Below the pieces are notes generated by a model that saw only the letters and a list, made by a program, of their open reading frames with translations, had not been told where the DNA came from and made no database searches. DNA of 56,713 nt from a virus, in IMG/VR virus record IMGVR_UViG_3300027554_000002; one strand, 5' to 3'. Shown here in pieces: positions 35,819 through 44,499 of this stretch. The translations under genes were made by a program, and so were the position numbers. Position 1 is the first letter of the stretch, and each line of letters opens with the position of its first letter.

Positions 35819-36238
35819 TTAACTGATAACTTGACACCGGAACTGCACCGGAATATAAAACCAGCCCTTCTTTCTAATTTCAGGGACTGGACTAGGAGGC
35901 GTTATAACTTTGAACTTATGTTCTGTACCTTCTAATAAAGAATTGACAGGGAATGACAATTTAAGATCATCAATCGTAGCCTTAGCTTTTAGATCACCTA
36001 TCCCGTCAATTGAATGGACATTTATTTGGCATATCCATCTATGTATAGCGCTTCCATTACATACACCTATTACAGCAGGCGGAATTGGAAGTATTGCGAC
36101 GCTCAAATGTGCGTCTAAATCTTTAGCGTTGAAATCTACATCAGGCCATTGGACTTTAAGCTGCCTAAAGTCTGCAAACGTCTTGACACGTTTATTAAAC
36201 GCTATAGTTAAATCAAGCTCCACGGGCAGCCTCGTCAA
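35819..36238 (-). CDS. Tail terminator / tail completion protein (putative)
   Basis: Gene order (immediately before the tube gene), 139 aa. Confidence 0.4.
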   Translation of the reverse strand: MTRLPVELDLTIAFNKRVKTFADFRQLKVQWPDVDFNAKDLDAHLSVAILPIPPAVIGVCNGSAIHRWICQINVHSIDGIGDLKAKATIDDLKLSFPVNSLLEGTEHKFKVITPPSPVPEIRKKGWFYIPVQFRCQVIS

Positions 36239-36602
36239 CTATCTGTTGCCACTGCGCGACAGATATTCTTAACATCCCTGCTGGCGACTGAGCGCTATGG
36301 CCTTCATATTCTAGCGGACGTATATAAGGCAATCCGTTTGTTAAAAAGAAACTATCTCCAGGCATTAATCTATTAATTACCTCAGATATCTTATTGCGAA
36401 CCGCATAAGGATTATCTTTATTAACATACACATTCTTGGCGACAGGTGCGCCTATAGTAGCGTTCCAACTAGCGCGAGCAGTACCTGTATCCACTGCTGT
36501 ACGCATAACAACCATTCCGCTTAGACCTGCTGTCGCGTTACGCGCTGTGGTTAAAAGCTTCTTACGATATTTGTCAGTATGTTTGCGAAGACGAGCCATC
36601 AT
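36213..36602 (-). CDS. HK97 gp10-like head-tail joining protein (putative)
   Basis: RTAVDTGTARASWNA segment and gene order. Confidence 0.45.
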   Translation of the reverse strand: MMARLRKHTDKYRKKLLTTARNATAGLSGMVVMRTAVDTGTARASWNATIGAPVAKNVYVNKDNPYAVRNKISEVINRLMPGDSFFLTNGLPYIRPLEYEGHSAQSPAGMLRISVAQWQQIVDEAARGA

Positions 36603-36958
36603 TTACCTACATAAACTGTATAAAGAATGTTATTAGTTCCAGGCTGAAGCGGGTCAGCTTCGAGGATGCTGTATGTAACGTCATCCGCGCTATCCCATAA
36701 CTTCATGCTGGTATCTATAAGGCCTGAAGTATTCGTATCTATAAGGAATACTTTCGCTGTCCGTTCTTTTAAATCGTTGTCTTTTTCTCCAACTTCAAAT
36801 TCAGTAGTAACACCAATAACATCTTTACGATCTTCAGAACGACTGTTCTTAGCTGCTGGATCCCATTCATCAACAGGCTTACCGTAGCTTATAATTTTTA
36901 ACAGGCGTCCGTTCTTATGTATTAGACGAGTCGCTAGTGATGAGAATTGCTCATGCAC
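36599..36958 (-). CDS. Head closure / neck protein (putative)
   Basis: Gene order, 119 aa, ATGA-type coupling. Confidence 0.35.
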   Translation of the reverse strand: MHEQFSSLATRLIHKNGRLLKIISYGKPVDEWDPAAKNSRSEDRKDVIGVTTEFEVGEKDNDLKERTAKVFLIDTNTSGLIDTSMKLWDSADDVTYSILEADPLQPGTNNILYTVYVGK

Positions 36959-37478
36959 GATGCACCCGCCCGCTGTTGTTACCTAAACCATAAGTTCGTC
37001 TTAAATCTATTAGATGCTTAAGCAAATTATAAACGTTAGGTAAATCTTTCAATTCGACCTTTGTCGTATTTCCTAGCCCGTCTTGTTTAGGTGGAAAATA
37101 CTCAACGTCTAACGGGCCAACCTTTTCTTTCTTTACCGTAGCTGTCGCAACAGCGCCAAGGCTGCTGCCTCGCGATTCATAATAAGCTAACCACAATTGC
37201 GCTTCGATAAGTTCAGGAGGAATAAAGTATTCAGAATAGGGAATGCCGTCTTTGTTAGCAACGCCCGTTCTAGGAAAGTCCAGTGCGCTTGCTGGATCAG
37301 TTTTTACACCTACGAAATATAATCCAGAGAACGCGCTCATTGTCTTTAACAGCAAAGGATCGAAACCACCTACAGGCGCAATTAATCCTCTGTCTGAAAA
37401 GAAAGCGGCAGCCACAGTCACATCCGCGTATGTATTAGCGTTCGCGACTATGGTGCCATTTTCAACGATTAAAGCCAC
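36951..37478 (-). CDS. Head-tail connector (gp6-like) protein (putative)
   Basis: N-terminus MALIVENGTIVANANTYADV typical of connector/adaptor proteins; gene order. Confidence 0.45.
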   Translation of the reverse strand: MALIVENGTIVANANTYADVTVAAAFFSDRGLIAPVGGFDPLLLKTMSAFSGLYFVGVKTDPASALDFPRTGVANKDGIPYSEYFIPPELIEAQLWLAYYESRGSSLGAVATATVKKEKVGPLDVEYFPPKQDGLGNTTKVELKDLPNVYNLLKHLIDLRRTYGLGNNSGRVHRA

Positions 37479-37484
37479 GACAGA

Positions 37485-37967
37485 TTATGTGCCGAACTCA
37501 GACTTATGCTCTTTCATAAACTCTTTTAGAGCAGCAGCACCAGCAGCGTTCTTTTTACGTTGAGCTAATTGAGACTTCTGGAACGTTTTAATGTCGTTCG
37601 CATCCGTTGTTAATGAATTAGCTTTTTCTTCTTTAGCAATGATTTTATCCATGGCAGAGTTAGCTTCAGAAAGGCGGTTGTTAGCGTCTGCTAGATTTTC
37701 TTTCGCGTCTTTTAACTCTTGTCGAACTTTGGCGACTTCTTCGTCGCTTTCTTCGCTGCTTTCTTGGGCACCATCCAAAAAATTATCAGAGCCCTCTTTA
37801 AATTCCATATTGGTACGAGTAAAACCTTCAGCGGTTTTGTTCAATTCCGCACGTCCAATATCTTTGCCTAGCAATTCTTCAACGACTTCCATACGAGGCA
37901 GACCATCTGCTGTCCAGTGCTCATCGTTATCTGATTCCAGCAGCATTAATGCTTCACGAATATTCAA
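37485..37967 (-). CDS. Hypothetical acidic coiled-coil protein (160 aa) following the capsid gene
   Basis: ORF track; position suggests a head accessory or decoration protein, but I recognise no motif. Confidence 0.55.
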   Translation of the reverse strand: MNIREALMLLESDNDEHWTADGLPRMEVVEELLGKDIGRAELNKTAEGFTRTNMEFKEGSDNFLDGAQESSEESDEEVAKVRQELKDAKENLADANNRLSEANSAMDKIIAKEEKANSLTTDANDIKTFQKSQLAQRKKNAAGAAALKEFMKEHKSEFGT

Positions 37968-38032
37968 CTTAGTTTCTCCTAATGCTTAAAGATAAGCGCA
38001 CCTATTTCTAGATGCGCCTGTTCTTATTTAGA

Positions 38033-39109
38033 TTATGCTTCGCGAGTAACTAAGCGAGCCATCTTGACTTGCTTACGTTCGCTGAAAACACGCTGCCAAC
38101 TTCCTTCATGTGCAAGGTTGTTGGTTGTAGCGGCATTAGAAGGACCGCCGTCGTCTGCTGCGCCAATATACTTGTGACCGCTTGGGTGAATTGCCCACTC
38201 GACACGGTTGTATAAGATTTCAGCACCACCGCCTTGACCAGCATCAGGATCACGCTTTGTTTCAGTAGGCACCTTAGCAGAACCAGAACCGAAACGTAAC
38301 GCACCGCCGCCAAACATCCAAGTCTCGTACACACCGCCAGAAGCAGGCATACCGTCGTCAACAACAACAATGCGACCAAGGAAAGTTGGGATAGGCAAGT
38401 TTGTAACAGGATCGATAACAGTACGATCAATCAACTTGTTTTTCAACATGCGGTTATAAACAATAGAGTGAACAAGAACAAGACCTAAGTCGTCCATTGA
38501 ATCACCCATAGTAATTGCAGCATCAAGAAAAGCATGATCGCTGAAATCAGTAACGCCTTGCGCATAAGCAATTTGACCACCCGCACCGTCATCTACAAGG
38601 TCATTAGTCATATCACCTTGGATATGTTCAGCACCTGTAGGCGCAGAATTGTTATTCGCAAAGACTCCGCGAATAGTTGCGACAGTTGCTTTCTGCAAAC
38701 GTCGAGTCCAGTAATCAGAAACACGATTTGCAATAGCTTCCATTGGATCAGTACCAATAAGCGCTGCCGCCAAATCCGCAGAACTCCAAGATTGGTTGCG
38801 AGACAAGCGAACAGAAATTTCTTTCGCAGTACCGATCTTCATTGGAGAAGAGTTTGTGTTTTGAGAAGGAACAAAACGATCATCAGCTTCGTCCGATGAA
38901 ATGTTCTCATCGTCGTCATCCAAGTCACGGAATGAAGGAGTATTAAAAGTCAAGCCGCCACCAGACAAGTGCGAGTCCATAAGAGGATCGCGTGTCATTG
39001 CGCCTGACATGAGAATACGTGATTTTTGTTCAGTCATCTGTTGCACGTATGGAGTAAAAATCTCCGGTACGATAACATCTGATAAACGAGTGATTGGTCC
39101 AGTAGCCAT
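38033..39109 (-). CDS. Major capsid protein (358 aa)
   Basis: Strong RBS (TAGGAGGA), position after the scaffold gene, size, N-terminus MATGPITRLSDVIVPEIF. Confidence 0.8.
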   Translation of the reverse strand: MATGPITRLSDVIVPEIFTPYVQQMTEQKSRILMSGAMTRDPLMDSHLSGGGLTFNTPSFRDLDDDDENISSDEADDRFVPSQNTNSSPMKIGTAKEISVRLSRNQSWSSADLAAALIGTDPMEAIANRVSDYWTRRLQKATVATIRGVFANNNSAPTGAEHIQGDMTNDLVDDGAGGQIAYAQGVTDFSDHAFLDAAITMGDSMDDLGLVLVHSIVYNRMLKNKLIDRTVIDPVTNLPIPTFLGRIVVVDDGMPASGGVYETWMFGGGALRFGSGSAKVPTETKRDPDAGQGGGAEILYNRVEWAIHPSGHKYIGAADDGGPSNAATTNNLAHEGSWQRVFSERKQVKMARLVTREA

Positions 39110-39238
39110 TGGTCCTCCTAGGATTATTTTGGCTGAGTTATTAAGTCAAGCCGCGAATCCCGTGACCGCAAGCTGGTTTCAACTAAGGCAACATAATACC
39201 CGTGTACTGTTGCCCTAGTTGTTACGTGTGATAATACA

Positions 39239-40045
39239 CTATTTTTCCGGTTTAGGGCCACCAATTGTAGTGCCAGCAGCTTTAGCCATCGCTTCTGCTC
39301 TTGGCCTATCTGTATTAAGAAGCGCACCTTGTTCAGTCATATTCCAATTTGCATTACTGAACGGGTTAGCGCCTCCGCCTCCTGTACCGCCACTGCCGCC
39401 ACTGCCGCCTACTTGCGACTCCGGATACCAGTGTAGAGTCGTGGCTTGCTTCTCTGCTAACCACACAGTAGCGTCCACGCCTGGAGTTACATTAGGCATA
39501 TCAGCTCTTGTTATTACACGTCCGTCCTCAGACACTTCGAAGATGCTTTCGTACATGAGCGCATCGCTAATTCCGTGCTCGTGTAACTTAGCCTTACCTG
39601 CTGACTCGCGAATATGATCTTGTATCTTACGACTTGTATCTTGTTGCTGGTAAGTCTGTATCTGTGTTTCTGCTTCTGCATGCGATGCTTTCAAAGTATC
39701 AAGTTCGCGTTGCACTGGCCCCACTAAAGCTTGAGCACGTTTATCAGCAAGTTCTTTGATCTTAGTTTCATCCAGCTTACCTTCTGCGGCAGCTTCAAGT
39801 TCAGGTATACGGTCAAGTGATGCTTGCACTTCAGTGGGATCTAAAGAACCAAATTTCGAAAGCTTTGCTTTGGTTTCTTTGTGATCATTACGTTCTTTCG
39901 CAATACTACCTTCCAAACGAATTACGCTATCGTTACGCTCAACTTGCGATGAAGTCTTTAACACAAACTTACCGTCAGCTTCTACATATAGATATTCAAA
40001 TCCAGCAGGAATAAGATCCTTACTAGCGTACTCTTTGTCTAACAT
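39239..40045 (-). CDS. Scaffolding protein (268 aa)
   Basis: Charged helical protein directly upstream of the capsid gene; Gly-rich C-terminal segment. Confidence 0.6.
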   Translation of the reverse strand: MLDKEYASKDLIPAGFEYLYVEADGKFVLKTSSQVERNDSVIRLEGSIAKERNDHKETKAKLSKFGSLDPTEVQASLDRIPELEAAAEGKLDETKIKELADKRAQALVGPVQRELDTLKASHAEAETQIQTYQQQDTSRKIQDHIRESAGKAKLHEHGISDALMYESIFEVSEDGRVITRADMPNVTPGVDATVWLAEKQATTLHWYPESQVGGSGGSGGTGGGGANPFSNANWNMTEQGALLNTDRPRAEAMAKAAGTTIGGPKPEK

Positions 40046-40078
40046 TGATTATACCTTTTTTATATAGTTAAATTTAAA

Positions 40079-40198
40079 TTAAGAAAATACAGAAACCATT
40101 GCCATGATAACCCAATAAATTAGGATTGCCACAACTACTACCGCTACTATAGTGATCGGCTTATTATCTGCCCATTGATCTTTAAACAAATCAATCAC
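40079..40198 (-). CDS. Possible 39-aa single-pass membrane peptide (GTG or TTG start); not in the ORF track
   Basis: VIDLFKDQWADNKPITIVAVVVVAILIYWVIMAMVSVFS read from the minus strand. It overlaps the stop of the upstream gene. Confidence 0.25.
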   Translation of the reverse strand: MIDLFKDQWADNKPITIVAVVVVAILIYWVIMAMVSVFS

Positions 40199-40865
40199 GC
40201 GCTTGCACACCTTTTGAACGTTCATATGTTCTACCTGTAAAATAAGAAACGAAAATGCCCATTAACAATGACAACCATTGCCAATTATCGGCATATGATT
40301 TTGTTAATCGTACTGAATAAGAATCACGCTTATCAACAAAAGTTAAACATGATTCAAAACTTTTTTCAAATTCCTTTTTATCTATTTTAAAACAATTAGT
40401 CATTATCCAACTATCGGTAAAACCATCAGCTATTACAGCGACAATTAACGATATAATCATAATTGACGCTACAACAAACAAACGTCTAATAATCATAGGC
40501 CGTGTATGGCTTATGTATTTATCACCGCTTTGTATTTCCGTTCGTGCAGTTTGTTGTACTTGTGCAAAATTTCTAACCGAGGCCTCTAAAATAGATAATT
40601 CGTATTGACTGAATAATTCTTGTTTGCGTGATTTAATTTCAAGTTCAGCCAACATAATACGCCGCCGACCTTCGGCGCTTTGTGTGGCGCGTAATACTTG
40701 ATTTTCAAAACTAGGGTCATTCTTATCAAAGCCTAATTTATCGGCTAATATATCGGCAACCACACCACCCACCGGCCCGCCACCGATTTGCAAACCCGCA
40801 ACAACGGTTTTAGCACCAACACCCAACAATGCTTTTAACCATCGTTTAATTTTCACGATTTTCAA
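40191..40865 (-). CDS. Membrane protein (224 aa), holin candidate
   Basis: Hydrophobic segments (GVGAKTVVAGLQIGGGPVGGVVA; LFVVASIMIISLIVAVIA; WLSLLMGIFVSYF) in the cassette with the endolysin. Resemblance to 3-TM GTA-type holins is from memory only. Confidence 0.4.
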   Translation of the reverse strand: MKIVKIKRWLKALLGVGAKTVVAGLQIGGGPVGGVVADILADKLGFDKNDPSFENQVLRATQSAEGRRRIMLAELEIKSRKQELFSQYELSILEASVRNFAQVQQTARTEIQSGDKYISHTRPMIIRRLFVVASIMIISLIVAVIADGFTDSWIMTNCFKIDKKEFEKSFESCLTFVDKRDSYSVRLTKSYADNWQWLSLLMGIFVSYFTGRTYERSKGVQARD

Positions 40866-41328
40866 ACAACTTCCGCTTAACTTCTAAATTTACATCTGAA
40901 TACCATTCAACATGACGCAAAATAGGCAGCTTGCATTTCATAGAAAAGCCCATGCTCATACCAGTAGGGTCGGCAATACCTTCAGGAAGTACCCACGTTA
41001 ATCTGACTGATGTGGGGGTTTTAGATGGTGGAAAATTTTGTAATACCAGCGGCTTGCCATTCTTAAGTAGTCTTGCGGGAAAACGAACCGTTTCACCAAA
41101 TGATAAAAACGCGGTAGCTGTACCCGACGTGGGCGCACAAAACCGCTTCTTTATAAATTGAACATCACCCTGTAATCCAGCGTCAGTTAAATGTATATTT
41201 GTTATTGTTTGATCTTTATAAATTGGGGATGCTATGTCATAGATGGCAAAGCAAATAATCAAACCAATAATAAATTTTAAAAACCCATGTAACCAATTTA
41301 CAGACTGTACAATTATTTTAGGTATCAC
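40846..41328 (-). CDS. N-terminally membrane-anchored protein (160 aa)
   Basis: FLKFIIGLIICFAIYDIA signal-anchor; ATGA overlap with the upstream gene. Confidence 0.5.
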   Translation of the reverse strand: MIPKIIVQSVNWLHGFLKFIIGLIICFAIYDIASPIYKDQTITNIHLTDAGLQGDVQFIKKRFCAPTSGTATAFLSFGETVRFPARLLKNGKPLVLQNFPPSKTPTSVRLTWVLPEGIADPTGMSMGFSMKCKLPILRHVEWYSDVNLEVKRKLFENREN

Positions 41329-41612
41329 CCGTAGAACTCCTTTAGAATATCAATTAATCCAGAAATATTTTTTAATGCGCCCGACTGATATGCTGCTAAC
41401 CCTGATAAAAATAACGGCCCCGCCCATTTTAGCGAATCCCCAAAATATTTAAACACTGCGATTATCCAGCGTATTAGTTTGCTTATAATCCGAAACGTTT
41501 TCCTGTATTGCATAGTACGACGATGACTAGCAATAACCCACGCAATTTGTTCCTGTGTTAGTTGCTTGCACGGTTCCGCTTGCGCATTTTCTATCGGTGT
41601 ATCTTCGTTCAA
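41325..41612 (-). CDS. Small protein with hydrophobic/amphipathic C-terminal half (95 aa), holin/antiholin candidate
   Basis: IISKLIRWIIAVFKYF and WAGPLFLSGLAAY; sits next to the endolysin. Confidence 0.4.
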   Translation of the reverse strand: MNEDTPIENAQAEPCKQLTQEQIAWVIASHRRTMQYRKTFRIISKLIRWIIAVFKYFGDSLKWAGPLFLSGLAAYQSGALKNISGLIDILKEFYG

Positions 41613-41647
41613 TTTTTCTTTTACCGTAGTTATTCATAAAACTACTT

Positions 41648-42286
41648 TTAAGCGATTAGCGTATCGGTTTTATCGGCTAGCTCCATTAAATCAGCATAAA
41701 CCCGTTGACTATTCCAACCAAAACTATACTTCCGTTTATGCGGCTTCTGAATAGCGACCGCTGTATAATGTGCATCTTGTAAACAGTTTAAACGTGTGGC
41801 TAGTTTACGTTCACCTTGTTTCTTTTTTCTATGTAAAACAAATAATTCTAATTGTTTTAATGACTGTTCACCGATTAGACCATCAAACGTTAAATCATCA
41901 CCGTAAATTTGTTTACCGTTGCGTATGTGATTAAAACTAGTTATGGCTTGCTGTAAATGTTTTATAGCCACCACTATACCAGCAGGCCCGCCAGTATCAA
42001 CAACCGTTTGCGCAATTAATGGTGACACTTCATTGATCAGATGAATGTTAGGACCGTACCAAAAAAGAGAAGTCCAAATTTGAGCGGCTGTATAGCGGTC
42101 TAAATATTCAATTGAACCGGTATACCCTGCACGATCAGCCGATAATTTGCGTATGCCGTAGCGTGTTGGATGATCTTCTTTATCATTAGTAAAAACGGAA
42201 CCTTCACGCTCTAAAATTTGGTTGATCACTTGTCTAACGTGACTAGGTAAAAAATCAAACTCGATTGTATTGTATGGAACTTTCAT
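41648..42286 (-). CDS. Endolysin: GH108-like lysozyme domain plus PG_binding_3-like domain
   Basis: ILEREGSVFTNDKEDHPTRYGI (EGG-yvnd-D-GG-T-yGI pattern); C-terminal FDGLIGEQSLKQL. Confidence 0.7.
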   Translation of the reverse strand: MKVPYNTIEFDFLPSHVRQVINQILEREGSVFTNDKEDHPTRYGIRKLSADRAGYTGSIEYLDRYTAAQIWTSLFWYGPNIHLINEVSPLIAQTVVDTGGPAGIVVAIKHLQQAITSFNHIRNGKQIYGDDLTFDGLIGEQSLKQLELFVLHRKKKQGERKLATRLNCLQDAHYTAVAIQKPHKRKYSFGWNSQRVYADLMELADKTDTLIA

Positions 42287-42549
42287 TTTAGTTTTTGCGC
42301 CAATCCATAAGACTTATCAAGATTAAACATAGAACCATAACTACCCAAACCGCTATGCTTTATTATGCGTTCAATCAAATGTGATTTATTAATGTGGTTA
42401 TACGGTCGCACCCATCCAAGCCCTATTTTTTCATTAGAGTAATAACTATCGTTATTTATAACAATATTACTTATTCCAGAACCACCCAGCCCGTTATGCG
42501 TTAAGTTGCGTTCAGTTATACGATTCTGTTTTAATCTAAGTTTGTTCAT
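42283..42549 (-). CDS. Hypothetical protein (88 aa) with two H-x-GLG-S-x-G repeats
   Basis: ORF track; ATGA overlap with the endolysin gene. Confidence 0.5.
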   Translation of the reverse strand: MNKLRLKQNRITERNLTHNGLGGSGISNIVINNDSYYSNEKIGLGWVRPYNHINKSHLIERIIKHSGLGSYGSMFNLDKSYGLAQKLK

Positions 42550-42729
42550 ACTATTAAACCTTTTGTAGCTTTGAACCGTTCTCGAACAATTTCCTTTTTG
42601 AGCGGTATAAGTAAGTGATTATCCTTTTCTACTTGAGCAATAATATTATAAAAAAAAACCAGCCGTTAATAATTCTGTTTCTGCTTCAGACGATTGTTTG
42701 TTTATTAAGAATTTACTGAAAATGACATT

Positions 42730-42858
42730 TCAATTCCAGTAAATTAAATGATAGAAACCTTTGAATAAGGTTACAGTGATCCAACCGCTTATAAATACAA
42801 CGACTATAAACATCCAAATGTATAAAAAAGCTTTTACAAACCTCCGTAATTTACGCAT
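42730..42858 (-). CDS. Possible 42-aa membrane peptide; not in the ORF track
   Basis: MRKLRRFVKAFLYIWMFIVVVFISGWITVTLFKGFYHLIYWN read from the minus strand: basic N-terminus plus one TM segment. Confidence 0.35.
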   Translation of the reverse strand: MRKLRRFVKAFLYIWMFIVVVFISGWITVTLFKGFYHLIYWN

Positions 42859-42870
42859 GAAATTATCCTT

Positions 42871-43248
42871 TCAGATCTGACTACCGTGATTTTCAATAAT
42901 GACTGCAATCAAACGTTCCGCAAATTCAAGTAAAATGTCGTCATCTAATAATCCATTACTGTCTTTTATCTCAATTCCTTTTTCGTTTATGACTTGTGTA
43001 AGTGCGGGTAAGATATAATTATCTTTTCCTGTATCCGGATCAATATCACTCTTAACGATAAGCCGCATAGCAGCTATTATTTGAATAGCGCTGTATGCGT
43101 GTATTTCAAGAGTGACGTTACTATAGCCGGTGTGATCAACTTTGATATTAATAGCACTAACATCATTAAAAGGTTCGCCATTTCTTTCGATAATTGTGCC
43201 TAACCCGCCTATAGGGATATCGAATTTAAACTGATGACGATTGTCCAT
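42871..43248 (-). CDS. Hypothetical protein (125 aa)
   Basis: ORF track. Confidence 0.55.
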   Translation of the reverse strand: MDNRHQFKFDIPIGGLGTIIERNGEPFNDVSAINIKVDHTGYSNVTLEIHAYSAIQIIAAMRLIVKSDIDPDTGKDNYILPALTQVINEKGIEIKDSNGLLDDDILLEFAERLIAVIIENHGSQI

Positions 43249-43329
43249 TTATATATGCCTGCTAATAACGGTTAAATAGTGCCTTAACACATGGCAATTA
43301 TTTTGGCAATTATAACGTGAAAATAATGC

Positions 43330-44499
43330 TCATGGTAATAAGTTTCGCGCCTTAAGTTGATCTAACGTGAGTGTATTGCCTAAACGGTTAGTAAACTGCG
43401 AAATCTCAAGTCCACCTTCACGATATAACTTAGCTCGTGTCACGCCTAGGTATTCATCTTGGAACGCTTTGTTTTGTGTCTTAAACCATTGCGCAAAATT
43501 AGTTTCCGCCGGTAGCACACCCATCAACTCTCTTTTACGATTTCGATTAAACGATCTGTACTGAGTTTTATATCCATAAGGCAAATCCTTTGCACTGCCA
43601 ACACGGCTCAACCCGTTGCTGCGAGTAAAGTCGTCCAAAGTCTTTTTCTCAACGTTCGAATTAAAAGGTCTATCTTTCATAAACCTATATTCCATCAACA
43701 TAATTCTTAACGAACGACATCTAAAATGTAACGGAGGGACAGGTCCTTGTTTTACCGGGAATACTTTACCGTCATGACTCGCGCATTGAAACGTCGTATG
43801 AATGTCCAATGTCGCAACAAAATATTCCTTACCTATCGTATCCGGATTAGCAAATGTGACATCACGGGTAGCTTTAGACCTAGTCTTAGCGATTGAAGAA
43901 GTCACAACTGAATCTATACCGTTCCAACTCTTTCTAAGAACGCCATCCTTACGTTTGAAAATAGCTGTGCCTACAACTGCCTTAACTATCTGTCCAGGAC
44001 TATTTAATTCTTGATCCTGGAGAGACATCTTAAAGCGATTACGGATATTAACAATCTCCTTCTGTTCAGCATCTTTAAACCAAACAGATATCGCAGCACC
44101 CTCTACCTCTTCAGCTAAGCCTCCAGGCGTTTTAGGTTTCGGAGTTTTTAAATCTAAAGCGACAGGCATGTTCTTCTGAATAGCTTTAACCACAAATTCT
44201 GTTTCCTCCTTCAGCAATTCACGCAACTCAGAAGATATTTCCTTACGTATGGACAGCCAAGCTTCATGCCTAACTGCCCGGATTTCTTTTTCCATCTTCG
44301 CCAAATTGCGCTTGCCCATTTTCGTAGTTAGCGATTTGCCACTCAGCTTCTCAGCATAAACTAGAAGTATACGAGCCACTTCTCCTTCAGTGGCTTTTAA
44401 CTTCTTAACAGAACTCTTACTAAGTCCGTTGCCGTAGCTAATTAAACGAATCTGATGCTTAACGAAATCGTCTAATAGTCTTTCGTTAGCTGTTTTCAT
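43330..44499 (-). CDS. Head morphogenesis protein (Mu gpF / SPP1 gp7-like)
   Basis: TTFQCASHDGKVFPV...PPLHFRCRS motif; directly after the portal gene. Confidence 0.75.
   Translation of the reverse strand: MKTANERLLDDFVKHQIRLISYGNGLSKSSVKKLKATEGEVARILLVYAEKLSGKSLTTKMGKRNLAKMEKEIRAVRHEAWLSIRKEISSELRELLKEETEFVVKAIQKNMPVALDLKTPKPKTPGGLAEEVEGAAISVWFKDAEQKEIVNIRNRFKMSLQDQELNSPGQIVKAVVGTAIFKRKDGVLRKSWNGIDSVVTSSIAKTRSKATRDVTFANPDTIGKEYFVATLDIHTTFQCASHDGKVFPVKQGPVPPLHFRCRSLRIMLMEYRFMKDRPFNSNVEKKTLDDFTRSNGLSRVGSAKDLPYGYKTQYRSFNRNRKRELMGVLPAETNFAQWFKTQNKAFQDEYLGVTRAKLYREGGLEISQFTNRLGNTLTLDQLKARNLLP

Noticed and set aside
38050-38430. 126-aa minus-strand ORF in another frame inside the capsid gene
   Set aside because: It is fully nested in the well-supported major capsid ORF and has a low-complexity Leu/Val/Cys translation.
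42550-42729. T9 run (minus strand, about 42649-42657) as an intrinsic terminator or promoter UP-element
   Set aside because: No stable stem precedes the T-run, and the adjacent TATAAT has no acceptable -35.
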